A stretch of DNA of 64,000 bases, from contig CDROCS010005499.1 in assembly GCA_977020255.1 (NCBI GenBank), positions 62,001-126,000 of the forward strand. Reading direction: 5' to 3'. How positions within the stretch are numbered: the stretch's first letter is position 1; each line of letters opens with the position of its first letter. The notes under the pieces were generated by a model. That model was given only the letters and a program-made list of their open reading frames with translations. It searched no databases and was not told the DNA's origin. A program made the position numbers and the translations under genes. Shown piece by piece: positions 8,534-19,701 of the stretch. This DNA comes from Obrimoposthia wandeli. Lineage: Eukaryota.

Positions 8534-9067
8534 GTGATGACTATGACAACGAAAGCCCTAACCCGCTGTTACCGTTTTCATGATGTTGATTTTGAGCCGG
8601 ATCTCAATTTATTAGTATGGCATGATGAAACCGAAACCTGTTTAACACTTCATGAGTCTCGCTTGTTAGAAGTCTTATGTTATTTCTCTGGTGAAGTCAT
8701 CACATCGCAAACCTTATTTGATAAAACATTTGTACATCTGGGGCCTGATACAGAAAATGCATACGACCAGTTTGATTTAAACTCATTGTTTGTGGCGCTT
8801 AATAAAAAACTTACGCACAATAATGCGATGGCAATTCCTATTCAGGTTGTGCCTAAATACGGTTTCCGTGTGCCTCTTCCTGAAAAAACGTGTCGGCTAT
8901 TTCATACGTTTAAAGAACCCAAACAAGACGTTGAACCAATATCTTCAAATGAAGAAACGCCACTATCAACAACAGAATACATTGTTAAAAATAGCATAAT
9001 ACATAAAATATCCGTTATTCTGATAGCTGTTGCAGGCATTTTATTATACCTTGCGTCTGAACTATAA
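8534..9067 (+). CDS. ToxR/CadC-like winged-helix regulator with C-terminal TM anchor
   Basis: LTLHESRLLEVL...GEVIT...IQVVPKYGFR (OmpR-type wHTH); hydrophobic C-terminus ISVILIAVAGILLYLA. Confidence 0.7.
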   Translation: MMTMTTKALTRCYRFHDVDFEPDLNLLVWHDETETCLTLHESRLLEVLCYFSGEVITSQTLFDKTFVHLGPDTENAYDQFDLNSLFVALNKKLTHNNAMAIPIQVVPKYGFRVPLPEKTCRLFHTFKEPKQDVEPISSNEETPLSTTEYIVKNSIIHKISVILIAVAGILLYLASEL

Positions 9068-9209
9068 ACATTGCTATGGCCCTGCTGCTCGTTCACCTCA
9101 TCACCGAATAAGAACAACGTAATGGGATAGTAAATCATGGCATTAAATGTGGCGTAGATCACAAATTAATTGTATGATGAATCTGTTATTAGGCGTATTT
9201 GAAGGGTTT

Positions 9210-9548
9210 ATGAAATACATTCGCTCATTCGCGATCATCTTTGCTTGTCTTTTTCTCGGTAAAGGCATTCAAGCGTTAACGGGAGTCGCTATTCCCGGCA
9301 GCATTATTGGCATGCTGATTCTTTTCGCCGTACTTTCTATGGGGCTAATTCCCTCGCATTGGGCTAAAGATGGTTGCCACCTTCTTATTCGTCACATGGC
9401 GCTGTTATTTGTGCCTGTCGGCGTAGGGCTTATGGATTACCTCGATCTTATCAGTGCAAATACCCTACCTATTTTACTTAGTACGTTAGGCAGTAGCTTG
9501 GTTGTATTAATTGTTATTGGTGTTGCTACGCACCATAAGGAAAAATAA
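9210..9548 (+). CDS. yohJ: CidA/LrgA family holin-like protein
   Basis: PGSIIGMLILF...LLFVPVGVGLM; start moved to ATG 9210. Confidence 0.9.
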   Translation: MKYIRSFAIIFACLFLGKGIQALTGVAIPGSIIGMLILFAVLSMGLIPSHWAKDGCHLLIRHMALLFVPVGVGLMDYLDLISANTLPILLSTLGSSLVVLIVIGVATHHKEK

Positions 9549-10231
9549 TGATCTGGCTTATTACCACTCTGATCGTTTTTTATCTGGCGCGTCTTATATC
9601 TAAACGATTACAGCACCCTATTGTGAACCCACTGCTTATATGCCTTGTCATTATTATTCCTTTGCTGTTGTGGCTGAATGTGCCCTATACAGAATATATG
9701 GCACAAAATAAGTGGCTGAATTATTTGCTAGAACCTGCTGTTGTTGCATTGGCGTTTCCGCTTTACGAACAACTGTCACAAATACGCCAAAAGTGGAAAG
9801 TCATTTTATCTGCCTGTTTAGTGGGTAGCCTTCTTTCGATGATTGTTGGCGCAAGTATTGCCCTATCAATGGGGGCTTCACCTGAATTAACCGCCAGTAT
9901 TTTACCTAAATCGGTTACAACACCGATTGCAATGGCAGTGGCTGATCAAATTGGTGGTGTACCTGCGATTGCTGCGATTATGGTGATTATTGCGGGGCTA
10001 TTTGGTGCTGTATTTGGGTATCCATTATTTAAACTATTTGGCATACATGCTCCCATTGCGAAGGGGTTAACAATGGGCACGGTTTCTCACGCATTGGGTA
10101 CAGCGAAAGCGGCGGAAGAAAACCACCAAGAAGGCGCATTCAGTTCATTAGCTTTGGTGATTTGCGGTATTTTTACATCGATATTGGCACCTGTTGTCTA
10201 CCCAATCATTTTGATGATGTTTGGTTATTGA
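9548..10231 (+). CDS. yohK: CidB/LrgB family protein
   Basis: EPAVVALAFPLY, PKSVTTPIAM, GTVSHALGTA; coupled to the upstream gene. Confidence 0.92.
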   Translation: MIWLITTLIVFYLARLISKRLQHPIVNPLLICLVIIIPLLLWLNVPYTEYMAQNKWLNYLLEPAVVALAFPLYEQLSQIRQKWKVILSACLVGSLLSMIVGASIALSMGASPELTASILPKSVTTPIAMAVADQIGGVPAIAAIMVIIAGLFGAVFGYPLFKLFGIHAPIAKGLTMGTVSHALGTAKAAEENHQEGAFSSLALVICGIFTSILAPVVYPIILMMFGY

Positions 10232-10318
10232 AAAATAATAGGTAAAAAGCTGCAAGGTGCATGCAATCGTGTACATTTGTAAGTCATTGATAAATGGTTA
10301 TGTGATTTTTAAAATACG

Positions 10319-10383
10319 TGTGACGCCACTCGCATTAATGTATGGAGTGAAACAAGACTTGCTACATTGTGATCAAGATCACA
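10319..10383 (+). promoter_or_regulatory. Tandem CRP sites upstream of cdd (CytR/CRP-type promoter)
   Basis: TGTGA-N6-TCGCA at 10319-10334 and a perfect TGTGA-N6-TCACA at 10368-10383. Confidence 0.65.
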
Positions 10384-10442
10384 CAGAATTTAAAATTGCT
10401 CGCCTACAATGTTTCTCCATCAACTAAACGGAGTAACACCTC

Positions 10443-11330
10443 ATGCATGCTAAGATCATGGATGCTTTAGGTTCCTTACCCTCTGATCTTGCATCAGCGG
10501 TAAAGCCTATATTTGAAGATGCTAATTTTGATGCAACAATAAGTCCCGAACAATTCACCACATTGCTTTCAAAAACCCAAATGACAGACAGTGAATTACG
10601 CGTTGCCCTTCTTCCTATTGCTGCTGCTTACTCCGTTGCTCCTATTTCTAAATTCTTTGTCGGTGCCATTGTTCGTGGTGAATCTGGTCGTTTGTACTTC
10701 GGTGCAAACATGGAATTTGTCGGCGCATCGCTTTCTCAAACTATTCATGCTGAACAATCTGCTATTAGCCATGCGTGGATAAAAGGCGAAACGGGCATTA
10801 GTGATATTACAATTAACTACAGCCCATGCGGTCACTGTCGCCAGTTCATGAACGAACTAACCACGGCACAGACGTTAGTTGTTCAATTGCCTGAACGTGA
10901 AGAACAAACCTTACAACAGTATTTACCTGAATCGTTTGGCCCTGCTGATCTGAATATTACCGATGCACTGCTAGGTAAAATTGACCACGGTATGACGATT
11001 AAAGAAACAGACGAGTTTGTTGCCATAGCTTGTAAAGCGGCGAATGGTTCACACGCGCCTTACACCAAAAATTACAGCGGCGTGGCATTGAAAGCGACTG
11101 ACGGTAAAGTGTTCATCGGTAAGTATGCTGAAAATGCAGCCTTCAACCCTAGCCTTCCGCCATTACAAGTTGCCTTGGTTAATATGAATATGGCGGGTTA
11201 TGCGTTAGCTGATATTGCAGAAGCGGCATTAGTTGAAAAAGCAGACAGTACCATCAGCCATCTTGCAGATACACAAACAACACTTGAAGCATTGAACCCT
11301 GATATTCCCCTTACTTATGTAGCGGCATAG
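10443..11330 (+). CDS. cdd: Cytidine deaminase
   Basis: HAEQ...PCGHCRQF zinc motif; ENAAFNPS. Confidence 0.97.
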   Translation: MHAKIMDALGSLPSDLASAVKPIFEDANFDATISPEQFTTLLSKTQMTDSELRVALLPIAAAYSVAPISKFFVGAIVRGESGRLYFGANMEFVGASLSQTIHAEQSAISHAWIKGETGISDITINYSPCGHCRQFMNELTTAQTLVVQLPEREEQTLQQYLPESFGPADLNITDALLGKIDHGMTIKETDEFVAIACKAANGSHAPYTKNYSGVALKATDGKVFIGKYAENAAFNPSLPPLQVALVNMNMAGYALADIAEAALVEKADSTISHLADTQTTLEALNPDIPLTYVAA

Positions 11331-11383
11331 TATCTCTACCCACCCGCATCTGATGGGTAGTGTTCATTGTAAGCACAACGAAG

Positions 11384-11406
11384 AAGCCGCTTTTAGCGGT
11401 TTTTTT
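11384..11406 (+). terminator. Rho-independent terminator after cdd
   Basis: AAGCCGC-TTTTA-GCGGTT followed by a T-run. Confidence 0.7.
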
Positions 11407-11500
11407 CGTTTAGAATCAGAGCCAATCAACTCGCTGCTGTACCAATCATAAGGAGTTCGGAGTATTATCCGACTTCATTATTCTTATTAGTCTCATTTCC

Positions 11501-12379
11501 ATGTCTCACAAACATAATCCAATTCAAGGTGCGAGCTGGATGCTAACCGCTGGTTTAGCGTTTGCACTTGTAAATAGTTTGGCACAGTATTTAAGCGTTA
11601 AACTGCATTTACCCTCAACCACTGTCGGTTTTATCCAATATTTCATTGCTTTAATTGCAATGCTTCCTTGGTTAAAAAGTTTGGGGTTACGACACGCTTT
11701 ACGTACCGAGCATTTCGGACAGCATTGTTTTCGGGTTTTCCTATCGGTTATCGGTATTCAGTTGTGGCTGTGGGCTCTCGCTTATCCTGTGCCTATTTGG
11801 CAAGGTATCGCATTATTGATGACATCACCGTTGTTCGCCACTATTGGCTCTGGTTTATTCCTAAAAGAAAAAGTCGGTACAGCACGTTGGGTGGCAACAT
11901 TAGCGGGCTTTATTGGTGCGATGATCATTCTAGAACCTTGGGGAGATACCTTTAATTGGGCGTCGCTATTACCTATAGGTGCCGCTTTCTTTTGGGCAAG
12001 CTATTCACTCATGGTGAAGAAATTATCAGTTTATGATTCACCGACTACGATGGTGGTTTATCTTTTAATTTTGATAACCCCATTTAATCTATTTTTGGCT
12101 CTACCGACATTCACCGTTCCCGATCAAAACATCACTTGGGTATTACTTGCGGCAGCTGGCTTATTAACAGCATTGGCACAGTGGGCAATCGCGAAGTCTT
12201 ATGCTGCTGCTGATGCCTCTTTTGTTCAGCCTTTTGATCATGCCAAATTACCCCTTAACGTATTAGCTGGCTGGGTAGTATTTGGCTGGGCACCACCCGG
12301 TCGTTTATGGTTAGGGGCTGCCATTATTATCGCTTCTGTTGCCTTTATTACGCATTGGGAAAATCGTAAAAAACGATAA
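11501..12379 (+). CDS. ribN: DMT/EamA transporter, RibN riboflavin importer-like
   Basis: 10-TM DMT. LWALAYPVPIWQGIALLMTSPLF and QPFDHAKLP resemble Vibrio RibN as I recall it. Confidence 0.65.
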   Translation: MSHKHNPIQGASWMLTAGLAFALVNSLAQYLSVKLHLPSTTVGFIQYFIALIAMLPWLKSLGLRHALRTEHFGQHCFRVFLSVIGIQLWLWALAYPVPIWQGIALLMTSPLFATIGSGLFLKEKVGTARWVATLAGFIGAMIILEPWGDTFNWASLLPIGAAFFWASYSLMVKKLSVYDSPTTMVVYLLILITPFNLFLALPTFTVPDQNITWVLLAAAGLLTALAQWAIAKSYAAADASFVQPFDHAKLPLNVLAGWVVFGWAPPGRLWLGAAIIIASVAFITHWENRKKR

Positions 12380-12722
12380 CTTAACATCCGCCACCACGAC
12401 AATAACGTCTAATACCCCTGCTATCATTCTCGTATTTTATTATTTGATACGGAAATTGATAACAGGGGCGTTATCCGAACTTACCTTTTGTACCCAAACG
12501 GCTATAACTATTCTGCTTTACCAAACTACCTCATCTCACTATTCTGCTTTCTTTCTACGTTCTCTCTGCTTTTCTCTACCGACTATCATCTCTATAACGC
12601 CTCATCCCTGACACATCGAATTAGAAAGTACTGTCTATACTGTTCAGAACACATTTTTATAACCACATTCACGATATTGCAGTTAAATGCTTTTCTACAC
12701 CTTTTGATTCAAGGAAAAGAGA

Positions 12723-13694
12723 ATGAAACGTATATCTCTTCGCTCAGTTCTAGTTGGTTTTATTTCATTAGTTGTATCGCTTACCGCGCATGCAGAACAG
12801 TTCATTACTATTGGTACAGGCGGCGTTACAGGCGTGTATTACCCAACAGGCGGTGCAATCTGCCGGCTGGTGAATAAAGACCGTAAAACCCACGGTATAC
12901 GCTGCTCTGTCGAAAGTACGGGGGGCTCTATTTATAACATCAATACTATTCGAGCCGGTGAACTTGATTTAGCCATCGCGCAATCAGATTGGCAATATCA
13001 TGCGTATAACGGCACAAGCCTATTTGAAGAAAAAGGGCCATTTAAGTCATTACGTTCAGTCTTTTCTCTTCATGCTGAACCTTTTACTGTTGTCGCTAGA
13101 GCTGACTCAGGCATTAAGACCTTCGATGATTTGAAAGGAAAGCGCGTCAATATTGGTAACCCTGGTTCGGGGCAACGAGGCACAATGGAAGTCTTAATGA
13201 AAGCCAAGGGCTGGACAATGAAAGACTTTAAATTAGTGTCTGAATTAAAAGCATCTGAACAATCAAAAGCATTATGTGATAACAAAATCGATGCCATGAT
13301 TTACACCGTAGGGCACCCTAGCGGCGCGATTAAAGAAGCCACAACATCTTGCAGCAGTGTGATTGTTGAAGTTGCAGGGCCTGTCATCGATAAGTTAGTA
13401 GCTGAAAATGCGTTCTATCGTATTGTTACCATTCCTGGCGGCATGTACGTAGGCTCAGAAAATGGCGTGAAAACATTTGGTGTCGGCGCGACTTTCGTGA
13501 GTTCAACTCAAGTCGATAACAATGTGATTTATGCGGTTACACAGTCTGTATTTGATAATTTCAATGAGTTTAAAAGATTACATCCGGCTTTTAGTGGCTT
13601 GAAAAAAGAAGAAATGATTAAAGATGGATTAACAGCACCACTGCACGATGGGGCTAAAAAATACTATATCGAAGTTGGTTTACTCGCAAAATAG
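12723..13694 (+). CDS. TAXI family TRAP transporter substrate-binding protein
   Basis: ITIGTGGVTGVYYPTGGAIC, ESTGGSIYN, GKRVNIGNPGSG. Confidence 0.93.
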   Translation: MKRISLRSVLVGFISLVVSLTAHAEQFITIGTGGVTGVYYPTGGAICRLVNKDRKTHGIRCSVESTGGSIYNINTIRAGELDLAIAQSDWQYHAYNGTSLFEEKGPFKSLRSVFSLHAEPFTVVARADSGIKTFDDLKGKRVNIGNPGSGQRGTMEVLMKAKGWTMKDFKLVSELKASEQSKALCDNKIDAMIYTVGHPSGAIKEATTSCSSVIVEVAGPVIDKLVAENAFYRIVTIPGGMYVGSENGVKTFGVGATFVSSTQVDNNVIYAVTQSVFDNFNEFKRLHPAFSGLKKEEMIKDGLTAPLHDGAKKYYIEVGLLAK

Positions 13695-13732
13695 TAAGCT
13701 GAATGATTGGTAATAAATAACGTTCATTAAAC

Positions 13733-13770
13733 AAAAAGGGCTAACCATACATTATCGGTTAGCCCTTTTT
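13733..13770. terminator. Bidirectional terminator
   Basis: AAAAAGGGCTAACC...GGTTAGCCCTTTTT between convergent genes. Confidence 0.75.
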
Positions 13771-13848
13771 AGAATACCAATCTAAACAAATCTCTCGATC
13801 ATTTACTTATCCAAAATGGTATAAATCTGCACTTCGTTTTAAATTGAT

Positions 13849-14253
13849 TTAAAAACGGACACGAAAACCAAGCGCTGCTTCTAATTCCAAGTCTACATCC
13901 TCAACAACATAAAGTGTTGGGCCTAACTCACCGTAGAACTCAAAACTATTCACTGGTAGCTCAAAGCCAACACCTGAACGCACACCCACTTTATCGTGTT
14001 TGTTATCGACGTATTGTGCACCAACAAAAGTATATAAATTGTTTAAATCTGAATTTTTTGACAAAGAACCAAGGTTGAAGGTTTTATCAACTGCCAGCCC
14101 GAAGTCATCAATGCCAAGCGAAAAACGCAAATCGTTATGCTTATATTGAATACCTGACATTGGGCTACCCAAAAAGACACCAATGGCTTGTGCCGCATGG
14201 GCTGAAAATGGAACAACAAAAAATAGTGCTAACCCTAAGAAATACTTTTTCAT
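13849..14253 (-). CDS. Small outer-membrane beta-barrel-like protein
   Basis: Signal peptide; amphipathic strands; C-terminal GFRVRF. Confidence 0.6.
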   Translation of the reverse strand: MKKYFLGLALFFVVPFSAHAAQAIGVFLGSPMSGIQYKHNDLRFSLGIDDFGLAVDKTFNLGSLSKNSDLNNLYTFVGAQYVDNKHDKVGVRSGVGFELPVNSFEFYGELGPTLYVVEDVDLELEAALGFRVRF

Positions 14254-14593
14254 TTTGTACTGCCTACTTTGTTTGATAGAACAACTAAAATCGCAACGCG
14301 GTTGTTGCTATAAGTAAAACCGAATAATTCATATTAGTTACATTGTCACTTGTGTGTAGGTGTATACACCCCTACTGGCCTCTAATGGGCGGAAGTAATC
14401 TAACCAAAAAGTTCCCTAAACACGATGCTTCAAACGAGAACTGACACAACATTGACAGGAACATGCATTTATCAATACGTTAAGTGCATTTTTACTTCAT
14501 CATTCACTCTTAATTCATACTTAACCCAATACAACATTGTATTTTTATTATCCATTGCGTTCTAACCGTTCAAAATATCAACGAAAACAACAA

Positions 14594-14609
14594 AAGCAAA
14601 CGTTTGCGC
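14594..14609 (+). promoter_or_regulatory. PurR box
   Basis: AAGCAAACGTTTGCGC, about 58 bp upstream of purT. Confidence 0.8.
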
Positions 14610-14666
14610 CACTATTAAAATCAGTTATCATTTACGCAGTATCATCACTCATCGTAAGGAAATTCA

Positions 14667-15842
14667 ATGTTTGGTTCAGCAACGCGTTCTGATGCAACCC
14701 GTGTACTACTTCTTGGTTCTGGTGAATTAGGCAAGGAAGTGGCGATTGAATGTCAGCGTTTAGGTTTAGAGGTTATCGCCGTTGATCGCTATGACAATGC
14801 ACCAGCAATGCAAGTTGCTCATCGTAGCCATGTTATCGACATGCTGGATGGCGATGCACTTAGAAAATTAATTGAATTAGAGCAACCACACTACGTTGTT
14901 CCTGAAATTGAAGCCATTGCTACAGATACCTTAGTCTCGCTTGAAGCTGAAGGGGTGAATATTGTTCCTACGGCAAATGCGACTAAGCTAACCATGAACC
15001 GCGAAGGCATTCGTCGTTTAGCGGCTGAAGACTTACAGATTCCGACCTCTCCTTTTGAATTCGCCGATCAATACGATGATTTTGTCGCAGCAGTAGAACG
15101 CGTGGGTACACCGTGTGTTGTTAAACCTATTATGAGTTCTTCAGGTAAAGGACAGAGTGTGATTAAAACACCTGCCGATATCGAAGCATCGTGGCAGTAC
15201 GCACAAGAAGGCGGCCGTGCGGGTACTGGTCGCGTTGTGGTTGAAGGCTTTATTAAGTTCGATTACGAAATCACACTGCTTACAATACGCGCTGTCGATG
15301 GCGTGCATTTCTGCGCCCCAATTGGTCACCGCCAAGAAGAGGGTGATTACCGTGAATCATGGCAGCCACAACAGATGTCTGATGAAGCACTAAAAGCTGC
15401 GCAAGAGGTTGCTGAAAAAGTGGTTAACGCACTGGGTGGTTATGGGTTATTCGGCGTAGAGCTCTTTGTACGAGGAAATGAAGTGCTGTTCAATGAAGTA
15501 TCACCTCGCCCGCATGATACGGGTATGGTTACCTTGATTTCTCAAGACCTGTCTGAATTTGCATTACACGTTCGTGCCTTTTTAGGCCTGCCTATTAAAC
15601 AAATCATTCAGTATGGCCCAGCGGCTTCTGCTGTTATTTTAGGTAACGGTATTTCAAGCAATATTCGCTTCGATAATTTAACCGCCACGCTATCTCGTCC
15701 ACAGACTCAGGTACGTCTGTTTGGCAAGCCAGAGATTAATGGACGCCGTCGCCTTGGTGTTACGTTAACGCGCCGTGAGGATACCAAACAGGCTGTTTCT
15801 GATGCTATCGCGGCAGCAGCAGACGTTAAAATCATTTACTAA
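14667..15842 (+). CDS. purT: Formate-dependent GAR transformylase
   Basis: [39 protein letters not shown]. Confidence 0.97.
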   Translation: MFGSATRSDATRVLLLGSGELGKEVAIECQRLGLEVIAVDRYDNAPAMQVAHRSHVIDMLDGDALRKLIELEQPHYVVPEIEAIATDTLVSLEAEGVNIVPTANATKLTMNREGIRRLAAEDLQIPTSPFEFADQYDDFVAAVERVGTPCVVKPIMSSSGKGQSVIKTPADIEASWQYAQEGGRAGTGRVVVEGFIKFDYEITLLTIRAVDGVHFCAPIGHRQEEGDYRESWQPQQMSDEALKAAQEVAEKVVNALGGYGLFGVELFVRGNEVLFNEVSPRPHDTGMVTLISQDLSEFALHVRAFLGLPIKQIIQYGPAASAVILGNGISSNIRFDNLTATLSRPQTQVRLFGKPEINGRRRLGVTLTRREDTKQAVSDAIAAAADVKIIY

Positions 15843-15931
15843 GCCAATTTCGCTCGTTCATCACTAACAATTTAGTGACCGCGTCACTTAATACGCTAAC
15901 GGATAATTGGAAGTAAGCGAATAATAACAAC

Positions 15932-15966
15932 AGAGGCGAGACTCTATATAGAGCCTCGCCTCTTTT
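15932..15966 (+). terminator. Terminator hairpin
   Basis: AGAGGCGAG...CTCGCCTCT followed by TTT. Confidence 0.7.
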
Positions 15967-16037
15967 CATTCTGCTACTTTTAACTCAATAAATAGGTTCA
16001 TTACGCAATAAACGTATCGTGCTTGATAATCCCGATG

Positions 16038-16679
16038 TTAAGCGACTTCAATCAACCATGCTTCTTCAGCAAAATGGCTTAATCCATTTTTACGTCGTGG
16101 GTGTGTTTCATCTTTTTCATCGCGCGCTAAAAGCGTGATGTTACAGCCATCAAATAAACGGCGTACCTCATCGCTCATCACCGAGAATGGAGGACCATTT
16201 AATTGCTCTTGTGGGTAATCTAACGTTACCAATAAAATGCGACCGCCTTTTTTCACTAACGACAATAAACGCTCAACATACATTTCACGCATATTTTCTG
16301 GCATCGCAATTAATGCGGCACGATCGTAGACCACATCGACAGGATCAATACGAACAGAAAAATAATCGCCACAATGAATGGTGATCTCATCAAATGCATA
16401 CACACTTTCATGACCTATCGCCGTCACCATTGGCGTGTACAAATGTTCAGCAAAAAATGATCTTACTGCGATGTCGCTCAGTTCAATACCGATTACGTTA
16501 TTATGTTTTTGTGCTAGCCAAACCAGATCAACAGACTTCCCACACATAGGCACAAGTACACGATCGTCGCGTGTTGCTTTTACCATTGGCCAATATTGCG
16601 TTAATAGCGGGTTTGTATCGTCAAGGTGAAAGCCAATGCGATTCTCTGCCCAACGGCTATGCCAAAATTCTGCGTCCAT
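16038..16679 (-). CDS. tpm: Thiopurine S-methyltransferase
   Basis: FWHSRW...IGFH, VLVPMCGKSVD, YDRAALIA, GPPFSV. Confidence 0.95.
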   Translation of the reverse strand: MDAEFWHSRWAENRIGFHLDDTNPLLTQYWPMVKATRDDRVLVPMCGKSVDLVWLAQKHNNVIGIELSDIAVRSFFAEHLYTPMVTAIGHESVYAFDEITIHCGDYFSVRIDPVDVVYDRAALIAMPENMREMYVERLLSLVKKGGRILLVTLDYPQEQLNGPPFSVMSDEVRRLFDGCNITLLARDEKDETHPRRKNGLSHFAEEAWLIEVA

Positions 16680-16810
16680 TTTTAATCCTGTTCTAAAGCT
16701 GACTTATTGTATTTATTCAGCCGTAGTTGACCACAAATCATGTGCTAGATCTACCCTATCTGCATCTGCGGCGACCAACATTAACGGGAGATTTGTTGTA
16801 ATTATAGATC

Positions 16811-18325
16811 ATCGAGTAGGGTGAGGCGTTACCGCCTCATCCCTCTCACAGAACCGTACGTACGGACCTCGTATACGGCTCCTGTAGTCTTCTATTCCCT
16901 ATCTTACAGGGAGCAAGATCCCTGTTTTCACTTCGTCTATCGCATATAAGCCAACTTCCTTGAACCATTGATTCGGCATGGCATCTCGCGGCATTTTTCC
17001 ATGATCCATCGTCATAAACTGAATGGCGATTTTTCAGATGCAATTTCATCGGCTTCTTCCACAGCTCGCCTCAGTCTACGCCTTAAGCTAAAAGTAGTTG
17101 ACCCTTCAGAACAGGATTCAGTTCTTTAATGGCTAAGTTCTTTCCAAGCCGCTTTACTTTGGCTTTAAAGTGGTTGAACTTATTGATCACAACGCCAAGG
17201 TCACTGTGGGCGATATATTCACTGTTAAGTTGCTTTTCCAAGATATGACTGGCTTTTCCTCGCATGCTCGGCACATCAAGAATATCGTCAGCGTAGCGCA
17301 TATTCGGTGATTTCGCTTCTTCATGTCTTGATCAAAGGCATCGATAAATATTGGCAAGCAGTGGACTTCTTCCCAGCTCGCCAACCGTCACCTATCATGA
17401 TTTTCAGGAATTTATCTATCAGAGAATACTGCCGTCTGTGATACGACTGACAGGCATGATCGAGCATATCAAAGCATTTCGAAGATCCATATCTACCACA
17501 TGTCGACGCCCATACTGGTATAAACATCGGGCTTTACTGATGGCCTGATGACAACTCCTACCCGGACGATAACCATAACTTGATGGATGAAAGTCGGGAT
17601 CGAAGATGGGGGTCAATGGTCGATAGACATTGTTGAACTCGGTCTCGAACTTCATCTTTTGGGATCTCGAAACATACCGCCTTGCAAAAGTAACTAGGTT
17701 ACTTTTCCAGATCTTGCGCACTTCCACGCACTGTGCTGGGAGCTACGAATCCCTCATAGAGCGCTTGCATTGAAAGCCGTCCATAAACAGGCTGTAATAT
17801 ATTCGCACGGTTACTGTCTCGCACATCACTGTCCATTCGCCAAAGTCAGTTCGGTTTGTTTCGTCACGCAGCATTTGTTCTAGCAATCAGCAAATGAGTA
17901 GGAATGACTACTCCCTATGGCGCTAGCCATCGCCGGGAATTCACTCTTTGCTGCCTAATCGGCAGCTTGTGCACCTGTTTTGGTTTTTCGCTTCTTTTCA
18001 GTGTATTAAAGAACAACCCACATAGATATGTTCTCCAAAACACGTTGCTGCTGGTCAGCAGTTTATCCTCCACACCAGGGTTTCACTTGAACTTTACTCA
18101 CTACTACGGGTTCATCTGCCACCTCACACCAACATAAGTTGAATCACTTCTTGTGCTTATGCTCAGCCTTATGCTTCCTCGGTTACTGCACCAGTCCCTG
18201 TTAGAGATTGTGATCTGAGTATCGATTGCGGACACTGCGGGTTCACGTCTTCCTTCAGACCCATCGTTGGCCACTTCCTCAGTCTGGGTGATTCTGCTTT
18301 CTTTCAAGCAGACGGGTACGATCTT
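16811..18325 (-). mobile_element. Degenerate group II intron (short domain V, class C-like)
   Basis: Domain V GAGCCGTATACGAGGTCCGTACGTACGGTTC (16851-16881), domain VI, 3' end CTACTCGAT at 16811; about 0.5 kb of structured 5' RNA. 5' boundary approximate. Confidence 0.85.
16899..17808 (-). pseudogene. Group II intron RT/maturase pseudogene
   Basis: Fragments in different frames: PIFDPDFHPSSYGYRPGRS, VVDMDL, IDAFDQ, RYADDI, ELNPVLKG. Deletions and frameshifts. Confidence 0.9.
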
Positions 18326-18426
18326 CAAAATTTCACTTTGGAGTGATTATTGAATCAACGACAGATTAAGATACTCAGATTTTTCAATGTCATAAGCTGC
18401 TTAGAAACTTACAGCTACGATCTGAT

Positions 18427-18585
18427 TTACTCAGCAAATTCATCTGCAAGATTGAACATAGAGTTCCCAACGAGCAATACAAGTACTTTAGCTACTTCAC
18501 TGTCATTATGTCGATTGAACTCAGCGTCACGAACTTTTTTACGATATTCGTCGACAATTCTTTCAAGGCACTCAAATCTGCTCAT
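18427..18585 (-). CDS. Small hypothetical ORF, 52 aa
   Basis: MSRFECLERIVDEYRKKVRDAEFNRHNDSEVAKVLVLLVGNSMFNLADEFAE by manual translation; no family recognised. Confidence 0.25.
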   Translation of the reverse strand: MSRFECLERIVDEYRKKVRDAEFNRHNDSEVAKVLVLLVGNSMFNLADEFAE

Positions 18586-18762
18586 TACACACCACCACAA
18601 AAAACGAGGAGCGGATACTACTGCTCAAACCCAATGAGATCAACCCATCAAGCAAGGATTCTTGCGACAAATAGCGTTATTATTTCATTCTGATAACATG
18701 TAACTCAAAATGTGACATATAAATCACGTTTTAAGATCAAGTTTGGAGCTAAAAAAACATTT

Positions 18763-18781
18763 GTTGCATTTTAAATATCAC
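18763..18781 (+). promoter_or_regulatory. Possible NsrR-type site
   Basis: GTTGCATTTTAAATATCAC partly matches gATGCATTTnAAATRCATc; it precedes a ygbA-like gene. Confidence 0.35.
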
Positions 18782-18846
18782 TTTGTTCGAGTAAAATATT
18801 CACTCAATATGGTGTAAGTTCTATCGCTCGAACTAAAGGTAATAAT

Positions 18847-19293
18847 ATGCATTCAGTCTCTGAAAATATCTTAGCGGGCTCACTTAGAAGCGAATTTAAA
18901 ACAGTTCAACTAATGACAAAGATCTACTGTAAAGCGCACCACCAGCATCACAAGATCGCTCAGCACGCAGTATCTATTCCAAATGCACTTAAGCCAAACG
19001 ACAAACTGTGTGAGCAATGTGTCGACTTTCTTGAATATGCACTTATGCGACTAGACCGCTGCCCTTATGGCGAAAGCAAACCAACCTGCCGTCAATGCCC
19101 TATTCACTGCTATAAGCCAGAATACAAAACGATGTCGCAAACTATAATGCGCTACGCTGGGCCAAGAATGTTATTCACACACCCTATATTGGCCATTAAA
19201 CACCTTTTAGCAGAAAGACGCCCAGTTCCAATGAAACCGACGGCGGGTGCATCCAATCGACATAAACGAAAGCACGTTGCCAGTAACAAGTAG
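18847..19293 (+). CDS. YgbA family (nitrous oxide-stimulated promoter) Cys-rich protein
   Basis: IYC...CEQC...YALMRLDRCPYGESKPTCRQCPIHCYKP...MRYAGPRML. Confidence 0.9.
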   Translation: MHSVSENILAGSLRSEFKTVQLMTKIYCKAHHQHHKIAQHAVSIPNALKPNDKLCEQCVDFLEYALMRLDRCPYGESKPTCRQCPIHCYKPEYKTMSQTIMRYAGPRMLFTHPILAIKHLLAERRPVPMKPTAGASNRHKRKHVASNK

Positions 19294-19329
19294 CGACTGG
19301 CAAGTAGCGCCAGTACTTAATGATAATAG

Positions 19330-19701
19330 TTAACGGTAAAAATCGACGACTTGAATTTTTGATATGTCGTTATTAGCAGCCAGATCCATGCTGAAGCGGT
19401 TTTCACCCAATACTTTTACCGTTGCGCCCATTTTACCCGTCACACTCACGCCTTCAATTTTATTGAACGTCTTTTCATCGTTGTAATGCATGGTAACAAC
19501 AACGTTCGTTTCAATATTCGATGACAAGTCAAAAGTACAAATCCCTGTAGGGCAATATACATCTAGTGTCGTTTGATCAGACGCCACCGCCATTTTATCC
19601 ACATTTTTAACCTGTGTTGCGGTGAGCTGTAACGCATCGCCACAGCCAGATAGCATTAATAATGAGGCGACAACAACACTACCTAAAAAAAATTGCTTCA
19701 T
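19330..19701 (-). CDS. Hypothetical lipoprotein
   Basis: Lipobox LSGC; start moved to ATG 19701. Confidence 0.75.
   Translation of the reverse strand: MKQFFLGSVVVASLLMLSGCGDALQLTATQVKNVDKMAVASDQTTLDVYCPTGICTFDLSSNIETNVVVTMHYNDEKTFNKIEGVSVTGKMGATVKVLGENRFSMDLAANNDISKIQVVDFYR

Noticed and set aside
11331-11500. FMN riboswitch upstream of the ribN-like gene
   Set aside because: No RFN consensus motifs are visible; only a terminator is present.
16846-18328. RT fragments as a retron, DGR or Abi RT
   Set aside because: Domain V/VI RNA and maturase-type sequence identify a group II intron.
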